From contig JAPEUG010000087.1 of the NCBI GenBank assembly GCA_026025795.1, positions 1-51,504 on the forward strand: a DNA stretch of 51,504 nt. The letters are read 5' to 3'. This stretch comes from Thelocarpon superellum. Lineage: Eukaryota. Made by a program: the position numbers and the translations under genes. The notes beneath the pieces are model-generated. The model saw only the letters and a list, made by a program, of their open reading frames with translations, did no database searches and was not told the origin of the DNA. This document shows positions 38,169 through 51,504 of this stretch, piece after piece. Within the stretch, counting starts at the first letter, position 1; each line of letters begins with the position of its first letter.

Positions 38169-39465
38169 TCACGTGGCACGGCTGAAACTAACAAGTTGCG
38201 TTTCTGACTCCGTCAAGGTCCACAAGGTCTTCCAGAAGCCAATTGCACCCGCAAACAGTAAGAGGTAGTACGCGATGGTCCAGCCAATGCCAAGACTGCC
38301 ATTCCCGACCCTCAGCTTCGCCTCGATGCCGCTGCTGTTGCTGCCGCCTTCACGCCGATCCACCTTGTCGTTGTCGCGCTCACGGAGGGGCGGCCCAATC
38401 GGTACCCCGGCTTCGACGCGGCCCCATAATCGTGGGAGCCCGCAGAGGTTGCAGAAGCTGTGCACCAGGACCACGGCCGGGAGTGATCCCGTGCGCAGAA
38501 AGACGAAGCTCGCGAAAAAGCCGAAGACCGAGGTGTATGCGAATTGGATCACGACGCGCAGTAAGGCTGGCAGTAACGGCGTGTGCGGATGCGTAAGCTT
38601 GTACTCGTAGAAATGGTGCACGTGCGCGATGCCAAAGTACAAGGGCGTCAGGAAGACCATCCGATCTGGCGGGGTCTTTGCCAGAATGTGCGGCGGGATA
38701 ATCGTGGAGCGGAAGACAATTTCTTCCGTGATGGGACCCTGGAGGATGGAGGTTAGGATTTGCTGGACACCGGTGATGGGATGGAATGCTCACGGCAACA
38801 AAGTTACGCCACCCGATCCAGCTTCCAAAGACCTCGCCCAGCTGTTCACCACGGGTCCAGTCCTTCCAGCCACCTTCAACGATTCCTTTCTCAAACAGAG
38901 GTCCGGCAAAGAGAAGGGCCGTGAGTGTAAAGGACTTGCCAATGGCTCCCACCGAGACGGGCCAATAGCCTAGCAGCCGGACGGCCTCCAGCGGGGAGGC
39001 GTGGCCCCACGTCGCAATCACGTAGAAGGTCGCCGCGGTACTGACGATACAGGAAAAGGTGACGGCGCGTATCCGGGCGCGGATGACGGAGGGTGCATCA
39101 CGCGAGAGCTGGGTGGACGGCCGACTTGTCGGCGACACGTAGAGGGGGAGGACATAGAGCAGAGTGTAGAGGATCTTGGCATCACATCAACTGCTGCGCG
39201 CGGAGCGCCATGGGTGCATGGCACATGAGGGGCGTGGGCGTGGGCGTGGGGACCTACCGACAGAACCGCCGCGGCCTGCGGGGTGATGGCGGGTACGTCT
39301 TTCTCTAGATGCATGGATGGGGTAAGTGGGAGGTCGATGACACCGAAAGGGAGAGAGCTCGAGAGAAGTCGACAGGAAGGAGAATCGCGGCGTAAGATAG
39401 GTCCTCTTACCAGGATCCTTGGAGTAATATCCTTTCAAGCGATTGAACAGCCCTGTCGGCGCCAT
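38169..39465 (-). CDS. RCE1: CAAX prenyl protease 2 (Rce1/Abi family), 4 exons
   Basis: Motifs SRDAPSVIRARI, WRNFVAGPITEEIVFR, FGIAHVHH and VHSFCN, with multiple TM segments. Confidence 0.9.
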
Positions 39466-39710
39466 GTGGTACAGAACGTCCCGTGCGACGTGGTGTAGGT
39501 GTCGGAGTACTGGACCCTATGTTGCACAGCTGGTTGCCGGGTGCCCGACGACAAGCGGGGCTGGTTGATTACCGGACAGCACGAGTGGGACAATGGAAAC
39601 AGCTCCGTCAGCCTCACTCACGGACGTCCCCGATACGGTGGGGGGCCGCCCGCGCTGGGTTACGGTGCTTCGCTCGTCCTTTCGCCAGGCCGGAGAGCAA
39701 TTGGGCTTCA

Positions 39711-39737
39711 GCAGCGGCAGCGGCAGCGGCAGCGGCA
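39711..39737 (+). repeat. (GCAGCG)4 microsatellite between RCE1 and the NmrA-like gene
   Basis: Read directly from the sequence. Confidence 0.85.
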
Positions 39738-39907
39738 CTAGCGAATCGCTCCCTGGCGGCTACCGACGCGGGCTCGGTCGGGATTGCGCGTCTCGCCACG
39801 TCAGATGGACCCTTGAAACCTCTGGCGACGAGGATCGGTACGAAAATCTTGGCGTCAAACCTTTGGTTCGACGGTAGGATATGATACAGTGACTCAGCTA
39901 ACTGCGG

Positions 39908-40855
39908 TCATTTCCCCAGATTCTCCCGTGCCCACCGCTCCACCTCAGTCACATCAATCTTCTTTTGGGCGTTGAAGGACGTCTCGACCGGCCACGCCAC
40001 GCCGTGTCCACGCGCGAAGACCAATCGGTACTTGGATGTGGAATCATCGGGGTGCTGGTCCAGTTCCCGCTGCAAGAAGTCCACGTCCCACAATTCCCGT
40101 CTGACCTCTGTCCCCATGACTTCTTCCACCACGTTCGCTAGACGCTCGTAGCTGATCGTGTCGCCCGCCGTGTACACGATCCTGTTGGTAACCTCAGGCG
40201 CTTCCCACACGACCCGGGCGGTAAGATCGCCGATGTCCTCGGGAGTCGTGAGCGTCACCTCCGTGTCCCATCCCCCCAAGGCCCGGACAAGAGGTCTCGA
40301 TCCCTCGATTCTGCCTTCCCCCATGTTCACCACGCCGAATTCCCGCTCAAACACAAAGCTGGTAAACATGCCGGTGGAGATGATGACCCACTTGGTCTTG
40401 GTCTGCCCCCGGATCAAGTCGCGCACGTCGATTTGCTCGTCGAAGAGATCCTGGCCCGACCCACGACCGATGATGTCATAGTCCACGCCAAACTGCCACG
40501 GGATATATTTGGGCACATTTGCTGCGAGCACTGCTTGACATAGCTTCAGCTGAAGGCCAGTGCCGCCCACCGCGAAGCCTGTGCAACCAATGATGAGATG
40601 ATAGGGCCGGAAGAGGTCGGCCAACGTGGCGGCACTGCTTGCGACGAGATCACCAGGAAGCAGCGCGACGCCCAGGGAGCGGATCTTCTCGAGCTGCTCA
40701 GCCTTGGCTGGTGAGGGAGAATGGACGCTGAAAGGCTGCAGTAGCACCGTGATGGAGGTGGACGGTGGTGAGTGTTTTACCAGGCCGCGAAGAACGGCCA
40801 TGCCAAGCTCACCAGCACCCAAGACAAGAATGGACGTGGGCGTTGAGGAAGCCAT
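39908..40855 (-). CDS. NmrA-like / isoflavone-reductase-like atypical SDR, intronless
   Basis: Rossmann motif ILVLGAGELG, plus YIPWQFGVDYDIIGRGSGQDLFDEQ, WVIISTGMF and TTPEDIG. Single uninterrupted ORF. The start at MASSTPT (40855) is inferred. Confidence 0.88.
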   Translation of the reverse strand: MASSTPTSILVLGAGELGMAVLRGLVKHSPPSTSITVLLQPFSVHSPSPAKAEQLEKIRSLGVALLPGDLVASSAATLADLFRPYHLIIGCTGFAVGGTGLQLKLCQAVLAANVPKYIPWQFGVDYDIIGRGSGQDLFDEQIDVRDLIRGQTKTKWVIISTGMFTSFVFEREFGVVNMGEGRIEGSRPLVRALGGWDTEVTLTTPEDIGDLTARVVWEAPEVTNRIVYTAGDTISYERLANVVEEVMGTEVRRELWDVDFLQRELDQHPDDSTSKYRLVFARGHGVAWPVETSFNAQKKIDVTEVERWARENLGK

Positions 40856-42175
40856 CGTGCCCCTGGAGAGGACAATTGAAACGCGATGCGGACTGGATCT
40901 CATTCATCTCCCGCATACCTTCACGGAGGTATTTGTAGTGCACCTTCATGATACTCACGAGCATTGATTGGTCAGCCAAAGAAGCCCAGCGGCCACCTCA
41001 GCCACCGGAACGGAACATGACAAATCCACGAACGAGCTTCGAGATTGTAATCGTTGTAGCTCGCCCCGGAAAAGAGTTCCCTTGTCATTGCGGTACCTGA
41101 ATATCAACCATCCTTGCGGTGGTTTGCAACTCGGTCAAAGAAGGATACAGGGGCGGTACGGAGAAGGGGGTGGATAGTTGTGCACGGGGCGACGCGAAAG
41201 GACAATAAGCCCCATTTTGGTGGGCCGTAATTCGTTGGGCGAGTGGGCGCTTGGATTCTTCGTGGAGGGAGAAATTAAACACCGCGGACCTCCAGAATGA
41301 CATCATCGAGATTGACTGACGGGCGACGCGTTATGGCTTACCCTACATCTTACGAAGAATTTCGCCTCCTGCCACGGCATAACACGACCTCGAGATTGGC
41401 GAGGTCCCCCAACTCGCGTTGACTTTCTTTCTCACGGCCACGTAGCAGGCACAGCAGCTAGTCACGGTGGCGGCGTCGTGTGAGCTGGTGGCAGCGGTTC
41501 GCACTTATCTCTGTAGGAGGCGTCGTCCAATCCCCGGTGGGTACTCGTCCTGCACAAGTACAGGTAGTTGGTCCGGCTCATACTTGCAGCACTTACCTGG
41601 GAACGCGGCTTGGCGCACTGAAATTAGCGCATGCTGGGAACGGAAGCTGGTTGAGGACGGCATTGGCCGGCGGTTCCATATCCCAGCTGCAGCTGCTCTC
41701 GACGTGGCCCACGCCTCTCTCGCTTGTTCCATGCTTTGGCCGCTTCCCACCCACCTTTACCCACGCTCCAGCGCGCTCCAGCGTGCTCCATCTCCACGCT
41801 AAAATGGACCAGCGAGACCTGGCTAGCTGTTGAGTGCCGATCAATGGGAGGATCCCGTCCAAATCAGTTAGGCTCCATGTGTATCTGGCACCGACACAAG
41901 GGAGATGCTTGCTTGCGAGTTCGACCATGGCGCTAATTTGTGGGCTGATGGTCCTGGGGCCCGCCTCACCACAATGTCCAGGCCCTCTAGAGGATCCCAT
42001 TGAGCAGTGATGACTGGCTCCTTGCAGCCTGATCACAGAGCAGTTCCTGGCGTACATCATGATTCGGATTCCCGCCTATGTCTTCTCAGAGCTGCGCGGA
42101 TGGTGTCCAGTTTGAAGCTCTCCTGGTGTGCCGGTCCCGCGTACCAGATCGTCAAGACCCCAGGACGAGAGAACC

Positions 42176-43654
<1,479 letters not shown>

Positions 43655-45399
43655 CGATGTCCTAACCCAACAGGCTCTCGTCTCACCACATTTCATCTTC
43701 TCGTCGATCCTTGACCACGATTCACGATCCCACCTGCGCGCTGCAGTTGGCTTCGTGACGCCTATATAAAGAGCATTCCGGGGACCTCTCGGCACGCTGA
43801 GGGTCTCAATGCACCGAGGCACCCATCTTAGAGTCGCTCCCTTTCGACTGGGTGCCTCGACGGTGCATTTCATCCCCTTTTCACTCTTCGGCCTAGCAGT
43901 GTCGCCGCCTAATCTGTAACGAGACATCCGAGGGAAGTGTAGACTAGAAGCTTGTGACGTTATGCACTTGCGACGCCGACTACTTGGGTGACGAGGGCAT
44001 GGATCCCAGTTCACAACGGGTACGCCGTAGGTAGGGGAGTGCCCCAGAAAATATAGCGGGACGAAGTCGCACTGTTGGAGCGCTCCATTATCTGAAGATC
44101 TCCAAAGTCAGGTACTTCGCTGCCAGGCATCGCACGACTTTTCCGGTCGGGCATCAGGCCGCCCCATTGTCTCACGGCGCCTTGATCTCTCACTGATGCT
44201 CTCACATTACGTACGATCGCTGCGGCCAGTCTCAGGACCAAGACAGTACCGAAACCGTTGACCGGTAGCGAGCGCTTACAAGAACATCGTACGGGGCTGG
44301 TGGATTTTTGACTGGTCGTGGCGTGGTCATGATCCTCGACAACGGCGGATGCACCTGCAGCCCTGTGCCAGAGGTTCGACCGCGGAGGCCAGCCAGTCGT
44401 ATGGCCCGCTGCCCTCGTCCCCCTTTTCCATTCGTCGAGCGGGCAAAACGAGGCCGGAACGACGCTCGAGTTCGAGAAATAGTACGGAGCTGGACCTTGT
44501 ACGCAGAGTGCAGCTGCACGTCGGGGAAATCGAAAGGCGGTGTCGAATGGCAATGCAGGGGCAAAGAACAAATTTCCAATCGGCCGCTCGAAAACGTTAT
44601 TCCCCGGCCCCGCCACGGCCCCACGCGAACGCCGCCGCCATCGCGCCGCCCCTGGCCCCTCGCCCCGGCCGGTTCGGTCACCGCCAAATTTGTCCCTGCA
44701 CTCGAGTCGCTCGAATCGCTCACCTCGCTCAACTCGACGCATAATGAAACGCACTTAGACGCACTTACGTAGGTTGAGGCTACATGCTGCTTCGGGCGTC
44801 GAATGGTATCACCGCCTTATGCATGGCGCGCGCATGACGACTCTACCAGCCTACCAGGTGCTGGAGGATGCGCCGAGCGCAACCATGGTCACTCCGGACT
44901 CCGCCCCCCCTGAGGCCGACAGGCAGCCGACAGGCTCGTCTGATATCGCCTGAATTGGGGGGAAAATGGGGAGATGGCGAGATGGCGAGCTCATGGGCAG
45001 CATGAAATCCTTTGGCCGCGGCCTCCGTCCACCTCGGTCGTAGCTATCTGCTCGTCGGCGGCCCTCGTCGCTCTCCGTCTCTTCTCTTTTCCCCGTCCTT
45101 CCCTCTGGCTGGGTTCCCCGACCGCTCGTCACTCCTTGACCCTCCTTTCACCCTCCGGCGGCGTGCACCCCGACACTCTTTTGGTGGTGCCGCCTCGATT
45201 TTCGTCACTCATTCTTCTTGTTTTTCTTCCTTGTTTCCCTTGGACCACCGGCCTCGGTAGGAGCGATTTAATCCCGGACGATCGACGGCGATAATTCTCG
45301 GCCATGCTGGGGAGGGCAACGTGGGCGACGCTGATCCCGCTGGGCCGCCACTACCGAGAGTTCCGATAGGCATAGGAATGTTCGGCCTATCCTCACGCG

Positions 45400-48025
45400 A
45401 TGGTCTCACCCGAACCGTCTCCACCACGACGAGTCCTCCACGATCGCCCCGAGTCCCACATCAACAAGCTCGAGCGGCCGTCCATCCGTCTGGTGCAGAA
45501 TGCCGACATCTATGCCACCAGTCCGGGCATCTATTCCACCAGTCCTTACCCTTCGCAACCCGCTCATGTCCTCCCGCCGAACGATGCCACAGTTCCTGTC
45601 TCAGGCAAGAACCCCTCCACCTCCTTTTCTCACTTCGCCAGTCGACTGCCACCACCCCGCTCCGACGTCAGTGGCCCCAGGACCCCCAAAGCCCCCAAGA
45701 CCCGCGACGCGCTCTCCAGCGTCGCCGCGCGATTGTACGACCATGAATCGCGATCCAATCTTCCGCGCACACCCCGCTCATCTCCACCACGTGCCGACCG
45801 ACCACCGCCGCCTCGAGGCTCGCCGCCCACGCCCACACGGCCCTCGCCGCCACGCGCGTCGCGCCCATCGCCGCCCCGGGCACAGCGTGCGTATGACGCC
45901 TCATCCACGTCACGAGGTCCGGGGGGAGAGCTCCCTCGACCACCGATACCCTCGAGATACCGACCACGACCGTCGCGAGACTTTCCGCCGAACCCCTCGG
46001 TGACGGACTACCTGGCCGAGGTCGAGTCGCCCATTGCAGCGCTCCGACCATTGGCTCTGCGGCGGGACGGTGGAGACCCGTTCGTGGACCGTCCGCCCAG
46101 TCGCAGCGGCCCGGCCAGTCACCACGGCACTTACGTCGCGTCTTTCGAGACCAGTCCGCCCTCCGACCCGTCCTATCGACGACGCGATCCGGCTCCTTTC
46201 GAGCGCCCCACCCTCGTCCGACCGTCATTCGTCTCTGGCACCTCCTCCGCCTACTCGGATACATGGTCGGAGAAGCATACCGACAGCTTGGGAAGTCTTT
46301 CGCAGAAGACCCGCAGTCGACGACCCTCGGCGTCATATTCAGCCTTCCCCGCGCCCACACAGCCCTTGCCCAAACTTCCTTCCCCAGGTCCCTCGACTGC
46401 AGCGTTACCATCTCCCGGGTCCCTCATCAAGACCTCGAGGCTTGGAGATACCCCTCCCTCGCCTCACCCCGACTCTCCCGACTCGTCGCGATCCGGATCG
46501 CCGCCCTCGTATATCCAGCCCTCACCGGCCATTCGTCCAGGCGGGGGACCGCAGCCCCCGTTCGTCCAGCCTCCAGCGTCCTTAACCTCATGGGCGCGTC
46601 AGTCCATCTCTCTTCCGAAGCGGCCCCCCGTCATGGCGCGGCCGTCCTTCACTCGGTCGCGACATTGGAGCAACGACCTTTCGACCGTCCACTCGGAGTC
46701 AGAACGGACGTCCGGCAGCCTTTCCCCGGCGCGGAACAGCGAGTATGGCTCTGTCATTGCTTCCATCATCGATTCTAGCGATCCCAAGTCGGATGAATCG
46801 GAATCGCTCCGCCGCAGTATTGCCCTGATTCCGGACTTTCCGGTGCCTCAGACGGGTCCCAAAGGCCCACCTAGGCCTGCTCCTGGAAGCCCTCCGAGGC
46901 CTCCTCCGAGGAGCCCTCCGAGGAGCCCCCCGAGGCCCAACTCCAAGAGCCCCCCACGGCCCAATCTCAGGAGCCCCCCGAGGCCGACCGCAGACGAGCC
47001 GCGCTCGCGACCCTTGAGCAAGAGCGAGGAATTCCGTGATGCACTTGGAAAGCTGCCCAAGCTACCCTGGAGCCGAGCCTCTTACTCCTCGCAGAGCGCG
47101 TCGCAAAATGCCTCGCAAGAAACCTCGTCCACGGTCAAGCGAACGTCCCGCAGCGAGGCGGATCCGGACTTCTCACGAGGTAGCTTCCTCAACACCGGTT
47201 TACCGGCGTGGGTGAAGTAAGTGCTTCACGTCTATGACAGCATGGAGATCGCGAACACGAAGCTGACCCCCTCAATAGGGCATACTACGGAAGTGGCGCC
47301 CAGATTCCTCTCGAAGACACGTCCGAGGAGGGCTCGGAGGTGGCGATCGTACGACGCAGTCGACCCATCGCCGGCCATCCCTCCTATAGAATCTCTCGCC
47401 CACGAACCCGACCGCCGGAGGTCGCGCTTCCTCGCGACGAGTCGCCCTCGCAAAGACCGCTTCCAGAGCCCGAGGCGGCGTACGACCCGCGCTTCACCTT
47501 CCGAGAATCCGCCGAGATCTGGTCCCCACGACTGCACCCCAACCGACGAACCACGCGCTACAGCATGTGGGAGATGCCTCAGATCCCACCGGACAAAGTG
47601 GAGGAGGAGGGCTTCATCGCGCGCATGGGCGGGCAGATGATCTTCTTCTGCGTCGGATTCATCTTTCCGATCGGTAAGGCTCCTCCGTTTGGGGTGCTCG
47701 GAGAGAAGGTGACTGACAAGGTGCAGCATGGATGATTGGAGCGCTCTGGCCTCTACCACCAAATCCACAATCACCTTCTATCGCGGGCAAAAGCCGGAGC
47801 AGCCAGTCGGACCTCGAAAAGGTCAGCGTCAACGAGCTGCGATACCTGACGGCACGGTGGTGGCGGACGGTGAATCGCATCATGTCGGTCATTGGCATAC
47901 TACTGATTGGCGCCATCGTAAGGACTCATGCCTTGCGCAGGACTCTGACAGCAGACTAATTACGTCTACAGGTTGCCTTGTTGGTCGTGGCCCTTCACAT
48001 CGAATACAAAGCCGTACCGTCGTAA
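45400..48025 (+). CDS. Ser/Pro/Arg-rich hypothetical protein with C-terminal transmembrane segments, 4 exons
   Basis: A ~600-codon low-complexity exon is spliced to exons giving QMIFFCVGFIFPIAWMIGALWPLP and ARWWRTVNRIMSVIGILLIGAIVALLVVAL. Three canonical introns. Confidence 0.75.
46888..46985 (+). repeat. Coding tandem repeat (GAGCCCYCCGAG-like units) encoding SPPR arrays
   Basis: Translates as SPPRPPPRSPPRSPPRPNSKSPPRPNLRSPPRP. Confidence 0.8.
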
Positions 48026-48989
48026 CCACCACGGGCGCAAAGCTACCATATACAGTCCGACCGAGATTCCCCCACCCTCCACCATACACCCCATTTCACG
48101 TTTACGAATTTCTGTTCTTAACCACTATAGATTGACGTGTCATCGTCATCGTCATCACTACATCAGGCATCCGAGGGACCACGGATGATTCGACCATGGC
48201 ATTTCTTCCCTTGTACACATCCTCATCGAGCGGCGGACCGGGACCGGGCGCATCTGACGTCTTAGTGGGATCGGATTCCTTCCATTCCTACTATTCCGCG
48301 GCATCATGCGTCATGACGCCTGACGCCTGACGACCTTGTATCATTCATGCATGAAGACATTTCCTTTCCCACGTCCCAAGTAACGGTGGTCCAGGCGTCA
48401 AGCTGACCCACGAACCAACCGAGCTACCCCGCACGAATCCTTTGGCATAAACACTTTACTTCCGATGAGATTACGACGCTATGCACCCGAGTGCTTGCTG
48501 CACCGCACGAGTAGCCCCCAACGCCACCACGACCCTACATAGACACGCCGTCCATAAACACACGCGCTCGAAGCGACATGAACCACGCCGCGGGACGAAG
48601 CCCGGCGCCGGTAACGACAAAGGAGGAGGCGGAGGGGGGGAGGGAGGGAAGGAAGAGGAGCGGAGCAACTTGCGGCCTGGTCCCGTCCACTGACCTCCTA
48701 CCACAAGTCGGCCTTCCTTCGGTCCGATCCGACCTGACGAGACGCTGTCCTTCTCTTGATTTTACATCCGACGTCGTCGTCGCCTCCCCGCTTTTTCGTT
48801 GCTCTCTCTCGAGAACATTACTGTATTCTGTACTCGCTCTAACCCTTTCTCTTCTCCCGTCCCTCACCGGCCTATTCTGCAGCTCTCTCTTTACTTTCTG
48901 GCTTCGGTCTTGAAGATCTTTTTTCCTGTTCTACGTGTTTGGCTTTCAGCCATGGTGGTGGTTTAGATTGTAGCATAGGTTATGAATAG

Positions 48990-49599
48990 AGTCCCGCTAT
49001 CTTGAGAAGTGGGCGCGCCGTAGCACGCTCGCGTCCATGGCAGGGTTGCAGTATCATTCGACCTCGTGGCTACATCCGTCGTGGGCAAGCACGGATGTGG
49101 TGTGATTCAATCTCCGACGTGCCCATTCGACGACCGAGCGCCTGCCACACCTACACCACCTGTTCGGTACCTAGGGAACAACCGAAGCCCGGTCTCTATT
49201 GGACACCCTCGCCGAAGCAATCTTGACCGCCCCTGAGCGAACCGGACCCTGTTCTGCCTCGGCGCGGTCATGTAGGAACTCGATTTTGGCACATCGATTG
49301 CGGAGCTCCTGGATCTGAATCTATCAGAGGTACCTCCCAGCCACGATGCGGCACGACCACCACGGAGCCTCTGGGAACGACTCGTGAAGCTGAAACAAGA
49401 CGCTGGTGCTCCTCTCGGTGAAGGATACGGCAACATCGTGCGGCAATGTCTAGACTGCGACTTTGCGCTGGGCTGCCGCGACCACTCGCTGAACAATGAG
49501 GCTCTGCGCCGGACCTACTATGTCCATGTCATCGAAGGATTGGGCAGGATGATCAGCCACGAAGCTCAGATTCAGGCTGTACCTGGATTAGATCAATGA
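48990..49599 (+). pseudogene. Disrupted remnant of a fungal kinase-like C-terminal domain (type found in HeLo/peptidase-associated proteins)
   Basis: Frame 2 reads TLASMAGLQYHSTSWLHPSWASTDVV*F. After a frameshift, frame 1 reads *ANRTLFCLGAVM*ELDFG...GEGYGNIVRQCLDCDF...LNNEALRRTYYVHVIEGL. In-frame stops lie at 49103, 49234 and 49273. Confidence 0.65.
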
Positions 49600-50105
49600 G
49601 TCTTGGAGGAATTCGTCTTGTTTTCAAAATACGGGATCGTATCGAGGAGGCTTGCTAGGCTACACAAAACGAATCAGACGGAGCTATGGCTCCTCGATTA
49701 CGTTTGGACTCGTGTTATATAACCCATCCTACTATAGAAGCCGGTCGATATCCAGGGAGGACCCCGAATTATACGAAGCCATGTACAAGTGCGGGGGCGC
49801 CTCCCATTATATCGAAACATCCATATTAATCAAGGCTTCTCTTATAATTCGAGTCATGATTTTGGTAGACAGGGCGCCTCCTACCACCTCATAGGTACAT
49901 AGGTGGGTCTATTTTAGATCCACAAGTATACATGAAGGCGGCTAGGCCATGCGCGGCCAAAGGGCCAAACATCCAATGCGCTTTCCAACGCCGCGCACTA
50001 TGCCCGAGCAGACGCCACCGGAAAAATAAACATTAGAAGGAGTAATATGCATATAGTCATGGCATCGCATCGCATCGCGTTGGGCGGCACGGTCTGGTCT
50101 AGTCC

Positions 50106-51504
50106 TCACCAGCCAGCGGCAGCTCTGACGTTGCCGATCCACGCCGGATATTGCGGATGGTACTGCCAGGTGCCGACGCCGCCGTATTCGGTCGGGACGG
50201 TCTTGAGACAGTCGCCCAGGGCGGTGCCGACGCCGTCGGAGAAGGCGTTGCCGCCGTCGGTGTTGAACTGCGGCATGCCGACCAACCACTTGGACGCGGG
50301 GATGATGCCCTGGGCCATGACTTCGCCGGTCGAGCAGCCCTGGTAGTTCCCCGATGCTACCGTGAGCTCGGGGCACGTGTCCCACGTCCCGACCCCGCCG
50401 TAGTAGTACATCCCGTTGATGTAGTCGAGGTCGTCGATGACGGCGGCCGCAACGGAGCCAGGCATGTTGGAGAAGAGGCGCCCTGGGACCATCCAGCTGG
50501 GCGACACCGACGCGGAGAGGATATAAGGGCGCGGGAGCGCCTGTCGGATCGTCTGGAAGATGGTGGTCAGGAAGACAATGGCCTCTGGCTGGCTGTTCTG
50601 GGCGTAGCCAAAGTCCTCGAAATCAATATCGACCCCGTCGAATTGGTACTTTTGAACAAACTCGGCGATTTCCGTCCCCATGGCGGTCGCGTCCGCTGCT
50701 GTCCACGCCGGGCGCTGGTCGAGCCCGCCGAAACAGGTGAATGTAAGTCGGATGTCGGCGTCGTGGAACTTCTGCTTGGCGGCCGTGCGGTCCGCGTCGC
50801 TCAGGCTCGTCCAGGCTGCGATGGAGTCCATTGGTCCGCCGGTCGTGCCGGGGTCCATGACCGGCGCGTATGTCGTCCAGAACGCGAGCACGTAGGTGTT
50901 GTAGCCCGCAATCAGCGACGTGTCCAGGATCAGATTATCCGTCGTGATGTTCGAGGTGCTAGAAGCAAAGGTGTTAGAGGCTGGCATTTTGGTGGATTCG
51001 ACCGACTTACCCATCTTGATAAATGACGGACCACTTGGATGGTGATGGCAGGATAGAAAGAGATGTGGTTGAGGACGGCGTTGAAGATGTTGTACTTGCG
51101 CTGGTGGAGGTAGTGGAGCTGGAAGACGATGACGAAGAAGTGCCAGACGTTGTGGCCCCGCTGGTAGTCGAGGTGTCCGTCCCGCTGGTGGTCGAGGAGG
51201 TGGTCCCACTCGTGGTCCCACTCGTGGTCGAGGGAGTGGTCCCGCCGGTAGTAGAGGTGGTGGCCCCGCTGGTCGCCGGGGCACCGGACCCGCTGATCGC
51301 TGAGGTGGCCGCTCCACTGGTCGTGAACGTGGCATTTACACCGGTGACACCAGTCACGGTGGCATTGGACCGAGTCGCCGCACTGGTCGGAACAGGGCTC
51401 ACAGTCGCGGTGATGGTAATGTTGCCTGCCAACCCCAGGGCCTGTGCCACAGTGACAGGGGTTGATGTCACAGATGCTGCTGTCTTCTGCGTCGGATTCG
51501 ATTC
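50106..51504 (-). CDS. GH18 chitinase-like protein with Ser/Thr-rich linker; 5' end outside the window; intron 50959-51010
   Basis: FDGVDIDFE (DxxDxDxE) is intact, with TCFGG, DYINGMYY and GGVGTWQY. The intron GTAAGT...CTAAC...CTAG joins WSVIYQDG to TSNITT. The upstream exon is a TTSG-repeat linker. Confidence 0.85.

Noticed and set aside
51011..51335. Pro/Arg-rich N-terminus of ORF 50106-51335
   Set aside because: This is a wrong-frame read-through of intron 50959-51010. The true upstream exon is the Ser/Thr-rich frame (ORF 51007-51471).

Overview
This is GC-rich, gene-dense eukaryotic DNA from a filamentous ascomycete (Pezizomycotina-type), with short (~50-100 nt) GT-AG introns and CTRAC/CTAAT branch sites. 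Most six-frame ORFs are therefore exon fragments or shadows. Manual splicing gives 20 protein-coding genes: CAF16-like ABC ATPase, ELP2, URM1, PFK-2/FBPase-2-like, TOM40, GSK3, CBP80, MTO1, VPS45, ALE1-type MBOAT, GET4, a small 3-exon unknown, RAI1/DXO, a GPI-anchored aspartic protease, RFC4, RCE1, an NmrA-like reductase, a GH5 exo-glucanase, a Ser/Pro-rich membrane protein, and a GH18 chitinase cut by the window edge. There is also one intron-containing tRNA-Gly(CCC) and one disrupted kinase-like pseudogene. The best leads are: (1) ELP2 and URM1, the two arms of cytosolic tRNA U34 mcm5s2 modification, sit head-to-head 258 bp apart, with mitochondrial MTO1 ~16 kb away; (2) a 137-aa three-exon protein, not shown intact in the ORF track, has an RxLF motif and an APC16-like C-terminus; (3) the PFK-2/FBPase-2 has lost the RHG catalytic histidine; (4) an intronless bacterial-looking NmrA gene and an atypical chitinase lie in the accessory-like right end. 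All family assignments come from recalled motifs, not database searches.
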